A stretch of DNA of 64,000 nucleotides from an uncultured virus (IMG/VR IMGVR_UViG_3300028557_000030) (Duplodnaviria > Heunggongvirae > Uroviricota > Caudoviricetes), in the IMG/VR virus record IMGVR_UViG_3300028557_000030; one strand, given 5' to 3'. The notes under the pieces are model-generated. The model had not been told where the DNA came from. It was given only the letters and a program-made list of their open reading frames with translations, and did no database searches. This document shows positions 31,001-43,000 of this stretch, in pieces (positions within the stretch are counted from its first letter, which is position 1; each line of letters opens with the position of its first letter). Made by a program: the position numbers and the translations under genes.

Positions 31001-34000
31001 CTTCATTAATGGTTTCTTCTACGTTTCTAACCAAAGAAGACCAAGTGAGTGTTTCTTGATTTTGTACGTCAGTGATTTCAAACGTTGCGCCATCAGCAGA
31101 TGCAAGCAACGTGTTGATATCTGGGTGTGTGCTTTCTAGCGAGACACCGGAGCTTGAGGCAGTAGTATCAACGCTGTAGTAGCTTCCTGCAAAGTAAGCA
31201 CCGTAGAATGAATCGGCTTGCCAATCCACAATCTTTGAGCCGTAGGTAGTACGGTCGAACTTAAGAGTGATGATATTTTCTCTGATTGGAGCAGAGGAAG
31301 TAATGATAGAAGCCTTTGCCCCCAGATTCAATGACATTCCGGTCGCTGTTCCATTGTCGAACAATGCGATTCTATCTTGGTCGTTGATAGCGTTGCTGTA
31401 AGTAGAATACAACCCGATCACAGAAATAGTTGTGCTTTCTAGAACGTTGATGTAATACCACTGTCCGTCTGCAAGTCTACCTGCTCCTGCACCGATACCT
31501 GCTCTATATCGAACAAGATCACCTGTTCTTAGATCAGGTGCATATATATTGATAGTGTTAAATCTTGAATTGATATCCGTATTACTGAAGTAAACAGTAA
31601 GTGCTGGTTCAATTTCTAGAGTTGGAAGAACAGCATATCCGCTACCCGGATTAACTACATTGATTTGTACTACTGAATCTGTGCCTAACACTGCCTCAAA
31701 CACTGCCAATTCTCTTGGGACAGGGTACTTCGTAGTGTCAATTACTGCGGTTACCTTAGGAGGATTAGTATAGCCTCTACCGCTATCAAGTAGAATGACA
31801 GCAGGGAGATCAATAAAGATTTGCTCGCCCGGAATGTGATCAACTGGTGTAGTTTGATTTATACCTCTAGCTAGTCCACCGACAATATTTAGAGAGCGGT
31901 CAACGTATGAATAGCCGATCTGTTCTGTTCCAATAGTAATCACCCCGTTAGCCGGGAAACCGTGTGCGTTATCTACTAGAATGTATCTAGTCGAGCGAGT
32001 CAAGAATGAGTTTAGCGTCGTGATCGGGAACCCGGGCTGACCGGTTACTGATAGCCCGAAATTCTGGAACCACTGCGAGTAAGCATTTGTTTGCCAGATC
32101 GGATCCTGTGCATTATACTCGTAAATTCCGCTAGTGTCAATCGTGTATACCAACTGAGGTGAGATAAACTGCTGGTCAGTTGAATTGTATGCCGCCGGTA
32201 CGTCAAAGTCTGTAACGTCACCTTCAAAAACATCTGTCTTAGTGTATTTGAATAAGAAGTCTTTAATTACAACATGATATGGCTTTGTTTCATTGACATA
32301 GCCAGATAAGAATGTTTGATCGTCTGTCTTATAGACTTCGTAAGGAAGCAACTCTCGGATAACGTGTGAAACGTCAGCGAGTGAAGTCTTGTTTAACCAA
32401 GGTAAGTAATTCTGAGACTCGATTGTTTCAGCCTGAATGTATTCAAACAGCAGAATCAAACTCTTGTTTCGGTGAATTAACAAGTCGCTGACATAAATCT
32501 GTTCGTTCAATGCACGAATGATGCTACGGGTTTCTTCACTAGGGTACAAGTCAAACGAATTAGTATCAAAGAAGTTGCCATCCCATCCTAACATGCCTGC
32601 TGCATAGTTCCACAGGTCATTCTTGAACTGCAACGTTCCGTTTTGTAGACCGATTCTATTCCAAACCCCAGCAGTAGTTTGAATATAGACTTCCCATCTA
32701 CCTGATATATTTTGCACTACTCTCGCAACAGTGCCAACTGCAACGTTCAGTGTAGACAATTCAGCAAACACTGAAACTTGTACAGAAGGTTTAACACCGC
32801 TGTTATATCCAGGGGCCCACCAATCTACATAACTCCAGTAGTCAGGGGTATTGTAAAATTCACCAGTAGTGAACAAGAACGAAAGTTCTTCTCTCAATTC
32901 AAAGATAGGATAGTTGATTATAATATCATTCGCATAAGTCAAGTAGTTTTTGATTGCTTCAAGTCGTTCGTAGAAGAAACTCTGACTTGGACGTACCAGT
33001 ACACCTGACTGAACTGCTGCTGGTAAGAATGGGTCAGGGACAACAGTTCCTGAAGGAGTGCATCCTGCAAGAGAGTCGAGCAGCTTAGCGTATAGAGAAT
33101 ACGGTGCGCCGTAGATGTATTGCTGTCCAATATCACCGTGTATGCCACCTTCAACATGAGTAGCGTTTATGTTAGGGGAGCCGGGCAAGAAGTCATCTTG
33201 GAAATTTGCTCTAATGAGCGAGTACTCATTATGAATCGTATCTTCAGACTGGCTGTTAGAGAACCCAACATGAAACACGCTGTCGTCAGCGTTGATGTAA
33301 GCACCTGAATTGTAAATACCAAATGTGTTTGGCAACAACGGAGCCATGTAAGAAATACCAGATGCGCGTGGGTTAGCGATATACGATTGCACAACCGAAT
33401 CAGATAATGTCTTGCCGGTCTGGCTGAAAATTACATTAGTGTTTCGTACCCAGAAGTAATATATTGGAACGACAACGTTTGATGAATTAATCACGTTGTT
33501 GACTACATACTGATTGACATCGTACGGTACGCCCGGACCCTGATAGTTCTGTGGAGGAATGAAGCTACTGATCCAGCTGTATACCGCAACATCTGACCCA
33601 GGGAATACTTCACCCCAGTAGCTACTGTTATATACAACGTCATTTTGATGATAGTTTACCCATCTTACGTTTGATGTGTCGAACCACAGTCTACCGACAT
33701 GTGCTCCGCCCCATACAGGACCCGATTCGGTGTTGTAACTTACGTTGTATGTTGCAGGGTCTACACCTGTCACGAAATCAAGATTTTCTCGTGCTGCACC
33801 AAGAATTTTGTTTTGCAGAGGATCGATGTAATCAAGATTTACTAGTGTTTCATTGGTGATTGCACCAAACAACTGCGTGTTCTGAATTCGGTTGATGTCA
33901 ACTACGGCTGAACTCTGTCTGTACACTGCCCAGTCATTTACGCCAGATGCATTAAAGTAGACGATAGCTTCACCGCCGATTGTAGTTGGCTGGAAGTTTG

Positions 34001-37000
34001 GCGAGCCAACAATCACTGCGTTTGAATTAAAGTCTAGTGCTGCACCATATTGAGGGTTAAAGCCGTAATCAGTATTGATGTCGTTGACGCTCTGTGCGTA
34101 TGTCCAAGAACCGGGCGATGACACGCTTTCGTTGTTATTTGAGAGGTACTCAAACATATAGACTGCACCGGCGTTTGGATACGAGTCAACAAATCTTGTT
34201 GCATTATTGTCAAACACGGTGTCATTGTTTAGATTTTCATCATCGGTGAAGTCAAAGAAAGTACCTGTATAACGAGTACCGACCGGAGCAGAGACCACGA
34301 TGCTGTTAGTATGATTAGCTTTTACATTGTAGCCAAACTCAGTTGGTCCAAACCCATACGGACACTTGATAGTTTGAGTGTTAGTGTAAAGCTGGATACC
34401 CAATTCGTTCAAGACACTGTTATTAAACACAGACAATACTAGCTTGTCATCGACCCCTGCTAGATTATTGTCGACCAGCTGGATAATGATCTTGTTGTCT
34501 GCTGTTGCAATTGCTCTTACGTTCGTGATTCTAGAATTGTTAATTGCATTCGCTACGGTAGTTGCATTACCTGCAGGCAAGAATGCTGCATATCCGTTGA
34601 TCAAGAGAGTTCGTGTACCAAGAAGATTGCAAGGTGAAGTACCAATTACTACACCATACTTAGCGCCGCCGTTGATATAACTGTAAACCGCGCCTTCTCT
34701 ACCTTCAGTGTCAATCTCGTACGGAGAACCAACAAGAACGTCGGAACCGTATCTAGTAGTTTCCACAGATGTGCCATAATAGATATCGCTTCTTTCAGTG
34801 TAGTCAGAGTTCACTTCTTGTACCATGAAGAATTCATTGCCGCTCACATTTACTATATCACCTACTCGCAGAGCACCGGTATAATAGAACGTGTTCTCAC
34901 CTACTGCATAGTTGTCGTCTTGAACAACAGTGCCGTTGACTGAAACATATAGCTGACTGTCCTGCGGATACATTGTGCAGGATACTGTACTGTTGGTTAG
35001 GGTAATCGGAGTATTAGTAGAACGTGAATTCTTCAATGCGATAGTGCTTCCGACAATATCTTGAATGTAGTAAGTAATGTAAGGACTAATGCCGCTAGTA
35101 CTGAAGCCGGTGCCAGTAAACATGACTGGCATGCCTTCATATAACCCAGAAGCACTGTTGACTGTCAAATAGTTACTAGTTACAGAAACTGAAGAAAGAA
35201 CCTGTTTAGTATCTGTAGGAGTCCACGCTAGCTGGAATGTTTGTGGCTGATAAAGGATGCTAGTAGATTGTGTTTCAAAATTCTGTTCTGCTCTTTGGTA
35301 AATATAAGCTGCTCCCCAATTGTCAATTGATGAGTTTAAGATAACCTTAGGTGCACCGACAGTAAGCACACTACCGTCATAGTTTGTTGCAACTGATTGA
35401 CCAAATGCACTAGCTGAAGTAAGTCCCAGAGCAGTGCAGTCGATAGTAGTAGCGAGCTTGTATGTTGTCTGAGTAGCTGTCCCGAATACGACTCCGCCGG
35501 AAAGTAATGCACTTCCGCTGTTCGATGCGATAAATGAAATTCCTACTTTGTTGTCGATTGCTCCGGCAGCTACCCAATCCGTATCGCCTAATGTAGTGAT
35601 AGTATAAGTTTCACCTACTGTGAGGTAGCCGGCGTTGATTAGGATGTTATCTCTGCGATAAACTGAGACGACCCCTGAATCAGGAATACCGAGATACATC
35701 CAGTTGGCGTCATCAGACATTGCGATGTCATTTACTGAGCCAGAAATGGGCGGCTGATATTCCAACATGTATTTTGAAACAATGCTATCATTGATCACAT
35801 AGACATAAGTTTTGTTTGTACCTGATGTAGGATCATTTGCAGCGATAGCGTAAACGTTCTGTGCATATGCGATAGATGACCCAAACCCTGAACTTACAGC
35901 AGGACTGTATGGAGTTACAGTCTGATATAGTTGTGAGGTATTGCTCATCGGATCATACGAATATCTATAGACTACGTTACTTCCAGCATCTCCAATCAAG
36001 TACCCTGCTTGATCAGTGTATGCAACAGCAGAACCGTAGGTAGACGATTGCGGAATCTGGAATTGTGCTTCGTATTGATAATTGATGCTCTTGCGATAAA
36101 CTGCCCAACCACCGTCGTTATTCTCATCAACCCAAACCGTATTTTTAATGAATTCGTTTTCAGTTAGGTCTAGTGCTTCGATTTCACTAGGGGTTGCTAC
36201 ACGCTGAGATTCAAACGCAAATCCTAATCCTCTACCTTGTACAGAAGATTGATTTGCCCCAACAACAGAAAGATTGATGATGACTTCATTCATATTAACA
36301 ATATCTGTTACGATGTAGTACCCGTCGATGTTTGCGGCAAAATTGATGATTGCCATAGGATCTAGTCTTTGTAGTTCGTGCGGTGCACTGAACGTAACGG
36401 TAGCAGTTTGATTTTGATTATTTCTAACTTGAGTTACTTGTCCGATGGTTTTCCATCTAAAGACGCCCCACTTCTCTTTGAAGTTTGCCATCCAAAGATA
36501 CTCACCTACATAGAAATTCTGAATAGGAATGATCGTGCCGTTGATGTTAGTTGCTGTCGGCAACCCTGCATAGAAATATGTTGACATCTTAACGTCATTG
36601 AAGTTGACGTAACCTGCGCTTGGGTATAGACCTTGAGTCGCATATGGCGTAGTCGTGCTAAGAATATTAGGTGAGCTAATTGCAGTACCGTAGTTGAACA
36701 GGTTAGAAAGAGGAATTTCTTGCATTGCCCCTTCGGTGCTTTCACCGTTAGTCAAACTGACGATAGCAGGATCGCCGGTCATGCTCGTTTGGTTGATTCT
36801 GAATTCTACGAAGTTTTCATTTAGTACTCCGCCGTACTCACCGGACTTGATCGCCCAATTTTCATAGATGTCGTATTGAATTCCACCTTGAGGAAGATTA
36901 GCACCTTTAAATGCACTTAGTGCGTTAAGAGTACCTTTGTTCTTGATTAGATTCTTGTATACTTGAACCTGAGCAGTACTAGTCAAGTCAATGAGTGCGA

Positions 37001-40000
37001 GATAATCTCTTGGTCTATACCCAATCAAAGAGAATGCAAGTAAGTCTGCATCCTTTTCTAGATTAGCCTTTTCTGCGTTGTAATAAAGAGTGCTTTCATA
37101 TGCTCGGGTGCTTGGGTTAGCAAACATTCCCTGCTGAATATCACTATAATTTATGCGCTTCCATTTAGTCTCGTCAAACACGTTAGATGGTTCAATGATC
37201 GTCAATGAAGTCCAATACTTATTCTTGTATCTTACGATTTCATTCTTGGTATACTTTATAAAGGAATTGAATTCTTGGATGTCTGATTGATTAACGATGA
37301 ATCCCCAAGCATTGACCGTGCCGTTCCATTCAGCAGTCTTTTGACCGCGAACGTAGATTCTATTTTGGCGCAACCCAGTGGTCAAGTTGTAGATGATATC
37401 GTTAAACAGTGTCGTGTTATCGAACACGATGCCGTGTTCAAAGTTACTAAAGTTGAACTGAGCATATGCCATTGTATCGCCGCTGTTAAGCGTATGCATG
37501 TGGAACAGTGTATCGTCGCGGTTAACACAAAGATCATTCAGTCTGATCGGATACAAGTTCTGATTTAGAACAAAGTTCTGCTGCTGGATCGTTAATGGTT
37601 GAACGAGCGCACTAGGCTGATTCACATCTAATGTTGTTGCCGCAGGATTTAGCGTGATGACACTGCCATTTGACCATCCTGTTTGTATCCAGTACAGGAA
37701 TTCATAGACCATTTGTGTCCAAGTAATAGGAATGCCATTCTGAACATCATTAAACATCATGCCTTTTGATTCTAGGTATTTACCATACGATAGCAAGAAT
37801 TGAGCAACGTCCTGCGGTGTATAAAACTTAGTGCCATACGGAACGAAAGATATATCAGTAGTATAATTTACAGCAACCTGCACTGTTTGTTTTTCAAGAG
37901 AAAGGGTAGTAAAATTGCCATTAAAAGCCGGATCTAATATTTCAAAGTAAGCTATGTTCTGTGAGTTACCGTATACTGTCCAATAATCTTGGTTCTGTTG
38001 AATGATAACACCGCTGAACAACAGCCGATCAAACGGTTGATTGTCATACAGCAATATTGAGTAGCTTTCGTCTGGAATTAGTAACGAAGCATTAGTGCTA
38101 GACGGTGTTGGCTTTTCCACATAAAATTGCAGCATAGACTTGTCGCTGTAGCCGGCGAGACGATATACCAGTCTAACGTCTAGGTTATCTAGTGTTGTGG
38201 TAATCTCAGTAGTCGCATCAATGCCTTGTTGCTTCTCATAGTCAACAATCCAGTTGATGTAACTAGTCTTTGGAGTGCCATTGCCGTAAACTTCTATATT
38301 GCTAGGTACAAGATGGCTTCTGTCATTGAACAGGTACTGATTAAATTCTGCATTGTACTTGTAGTTGTCTAGGTCTACGCAAAGATTGTAGAACTCGGCT
38401 GGACGAGTTAACGCAAAAATTCTCGCTAAGTCAAACGGGAAAGTCGAGCTACGGCGATAGCTTAACTCAGCAGGACCGTCATCTCCTACAACCCAATCTT
38501 TATTAAAAGTGCTTGGGTTGTAGTTACTGACTATTACTTTGAATGGTGACAGCAAGTCACCGTTCGAATTTACAGGAATGATTGTAGTTAGGCCCGGGCG
38601 AGCTACTAGAGGATTGATGTAGGGGGCGCCATTGTTCCAGATCAAGCCTTGCTCTAGATCATCCCAAAGAATGCCGTTGTCACTAGTGTAGGGTGCAGGA
38701 CCGTAACGAGCAGTCCACCAAGTCGGCATGATAGTGAAGCCAAGCATTTCCCAGGGAGTAGTGTCTGGAGTAGTAGTGTCGTAGTAATACTCATACACCC
38801 CTCTCCAATAACCCTGAAGGATAGGACTGTTGTCTAGTTTACTTGTAGAATTTGTATAGTTGTAAGTAAATTCATTTACTCTTGAGAAGTACTGAGTCTT
38901 ATAGTCAATACGATTTTGCCCAATCCAGTTTAAGAACTGTGTTGAGTAAATTCTTAAGAATTCATCCCATGAATAAGTAGGGTCTCTAAAGAAGCCCGGT
39001 ACAACTTCATATCGTGTGATAGGTGTTTCAGTACTTAATTTGAGATTGTTATAAACTCTCTTTTCGAATTCTAGCAATGCTTGGTCTCTGAAGTCAACAA
39101 GGATGTCAGCTTGAGGAATATAATCACCGTACAACTTAGTATACGACCCATCATGCCCAAGAATGAAATACGTTGGAATCAAATAGTTAGAGTCGAGGAT
39201 TACTTGAGGAATATACTTAGGATAGATTCCTAACTTAGTTGGGGTGTTAGGAACATATGACCCGTAAGTCTGATTATATTCTCTGATAGTTACTATATCT
39301 CCATCTTGCATTGGGATAGTGATAGTAAGTGTAGGTGAATCCGTGCTAACCACATACTCTGTACCAATAAGCAGTTGCTTTTCAACAATGATATTGTCAA
39401 CCGCACGACTTATGTATACGAGAACACCATTATAGTTTGCAGTCTCAAAGTTGTACACATGACTTAGTGGATATTGTGATCTATCTAAATCGTTGTTGAA
39501 TATGTAGGAGTTGCTAATGTACGAAGACTTGTTTGGCAACATGTCTGACCAGAAGAACGCATTGATTTCACTCTTCGCCGCAGTGATTTGATCTAATGCT
39601 TCATCTAGAATTTCTGCTGGAGTATAACGCTGCTCGTAAGGGGTCTTCTGAACTGTATCTACCAACAGTTGCTTGTACTTGACATATTCACGAGAGTTGA
39701 ATTGCAACGCATTAAACAGATTGTACTGCGGATTACGTAGGAATGTTCCTGGTAGCACGAGTGATGCACTATTTTGAATGATCTTGGTGCCGTATGGATT
39801 TAGGTTACCGCAGTCTCTAAAGTTATTTGAACCAAAGATTGTTCCTGTTGTATTAGGCGCATTGATGAAAATATCTTGATACTGTGTTCTAATGTCACCG
39901 GTATTTACAGTAGTTATGTCTGTATTGAGTGGGTTGTTGCTCAAGTTGAGAGGAACTTGATAGTATCCAACCTTGCTGACTTGATCACTTAGCAATAGTA

Positions 40001-43000
40001 CCTGCACTAGTGTGTTTTCATCGATTTGGGTGAACAATTGTATTGTTGTCGTGTTGGTTCCGATCTCTACCGAGTAATCAGAAGGTTCTTGATATACGTT
40101 ATTGATGTATACCTTAACTCTTGGCCAACCCGTCTCATCTGGTTGAAGTGCCGGCAGTGCTGCGATGTCGCATTTAAAGATATATGCTGGTGCAGTCAGT
40201 GAGAAATCAAAATTGAAGATTTGATATTGCTGGCTAGGTGCAATCGCGGTTTCCCAACCTAACAATCTAGTGTATGAAACATCAGACGTTATATTGTAAA
40301 CATACCCAGTGTTAACTTTTTGATTGAATGGGTTACCGCCATAGACGTACGAGAATGTGTCAGAGTTCAGAGAGACATCAAAACTAACGTCACCTAGGTT
40401 AGATACGGAACTGTAACGAATTGGGAAGCCCAACACCGGATCTTTTGCGCCTGACCCTAATGTGTAGTTGAATAATTTACAACCTGTAAAGGTCGTACTT
40501 GGGTATACAACAGGATCACTGAAGCTGATACCGTTTCCATCTAAAATGTCGAATTCAGGAGCTTGGTTTAATTGTGTCTTCTGCTGTGACTGCATCCAGT
40601 CGATGCCGTCGAACCAATAACTCAGCCCTGCGTTTGCGAAGCCGCGTGTCACTACAGTTTGTGTATCGGGAGCTACTATCCCGTCTTCAGCCACGATAAG
40701 AGTTATTACCGGCTGCGTTGACGGTGCGACAACCGAAAAGTTAGAAACATAAATCTTGTTTCTTACATTCACATCATTGTCAGCAGCAAAGATTACACGA
40801 GCGCCAGGGAATAAACTATAGTTATTAACAGTAGTATCGCTAGCAACAAGCGTAGTGGTACCGCCCGTAACCGCAATAGCAACTGGCCAAGTTACCACTA
40901 ATGTGTAGTTTGTTCCATCAGAGGATAAACTATTGATTTGGCTGTTTGTTGGTAGATAATTCTTTTGATCTCCGACAAACATATATTGCGCCAGTGTTCC
41001 GGTAATACTACTGACTGGAACAGTAACAGTAGTTGAAACTTGATATGCAGTGCCGGTGCCTGTTCCGGGACTTACACAGAGAACAACATTACCTACTGCA
41101 TAAGTAACACCGGTAGTTCCGGCAACAGTATTCCAATTGGTAGTACCTAATACTGCAATTTCGTAATATCTTCCGGCTACAAAACTCTCATCGTTGATTG
41201 GAGACCCAGATACACTGGTTACTGTTGCAGCGTTTGTAGTTGAGTAAACTTCAATGTCTGGGTAATATGCTAGTGACCCAGGAACAGTTGACAATGCGTC
41301 GGTGTTAGTGGTATCAATGAAGTCTACTGGATCTTTACCTACTGCACCAGAATTGAATAGCTTTAAGTTTGGGTAGAACTCAATGATAGGTCTTGCAGCT
41401 TTGTGAGAAATATTTGCATATGTTGTCACAATAGTAGGATCATCGTTGTATGTTGCAGTCGCAGTAATTACATCGATGTGGAACCAGCGGTTACTTCTTG
41501 CCCATGCATTCTTGTTAATTGAGTTACGTGCAATGGTAATATAGTCAGCTTGAACAGGAATATCAAGGCTAATATCCCAATTACCGATATCCCAGTCTAA
41601 GATATCCCATGCGTTATATTCACCTTCACTGAAATCTTCCGGTACTACGAGTGTTTCGACAGGTACTAGATCAATTGAGGTTCCTACGCCCTGGACGTAG
41701 TATTCTCCGGTAAGATAGCTTGTGGGGATAACGTCACCGTTAAAACTTACTTTCAACCCATTAGTAAACACAACCCCGTTAGGAGATGTATAGTTTGTGC
41801 GACCTAGAATTTGTGTATCGACATTGATAGTATTATTCAAGTTATCTTCGATGAGACGAATAATACCTACTTTATTTGGATTGGTTCCGTCTTGATAGTA
41901 GAGAACGTCGAGCGGTGCGCTGATATACGGAATCAGTTCTAGGTTGTTCGAATCGTTAAGATAGAAAGGTCTATTATTCCATTCCGTGCCGTAAACGGGC
42001 AAGATGCGAGTGTCTGACGGAATTGCTCCGTCTGGAATCAATCTTATGATTGGGTCGTTTGGGTCTCCGATATATGTAACTACAAAGAAGGTGTTTCCTA
42101 CATTTACATTAAACCCATCTTCATACAGACCCTGATTGACGTTGACTGTCATTGTACCCGAAGCCGCAGTCAACGTGATTGGGTCCCCGTTCAATGCAGT
42201 TGAAATAGTGAATGACGTTGAGTTCGGAATACTTTGAATGAAGTAAACTTGTCCTATGTTAATACCACCAAAGCTGGCTCCAGTGAATGTTAATGTGCCG
42301 CCCACAATCAATCCGCTTGTGCTACCTGAAGCTAAAGTAAATGCGCTAGGGTCGCAACTATCAACAGTGAGTGTGATAGGTGCAACTAAATCAGGAGCAT
42401 TGGTATCGTATTCGACTTCATCAAAGTAAGAAGAAATATATGCAATTGGTTGCGGGGTGTTATAGAAAGCAACACGCAATCCTAACAAAGATGTGATTCC
42501 GTCGATTCCCTCGAAAGAGTTTACGAATTGACCGTTGATGTCATCAAAGGAGCTAGTGCTAATCACATCAGTGTTAACTGTAGTGGGGAAGATATATTCG
42601 TCTTGTGCGTTACGTTGCGGAACTTCAAAAGTAACAAGACCCGAAGTGGCGCCGTTATTGGTTACACCGTATACGTCGCGCACTGATTGATTTGGCTGGG
42701 TTGGGCTATTTCCAGAAACGCCCGGAGCACCCTGAATCCAAAACGGGGAGGTCTGGTCTACTTCAAAAGTATACGTGCCGCCTCTCAATAATGTGATTGC
42801 AGGATTAGTATTTGATCTGGTAGAACCTTCTCTAACGATACTATACGTGTTAGTGTTGTCCGTAACAACAAATGCTTCTCTTGAGAATACAGTCGATGCT
42901 GCAACCTGAACAGAAGGAGGCCCTTCCGGTAACCAATAATACTGATTGAAGTTGATTAGGGCGTCTAGATTAGTGAACGAATCCCAGGAATAGAATTGAC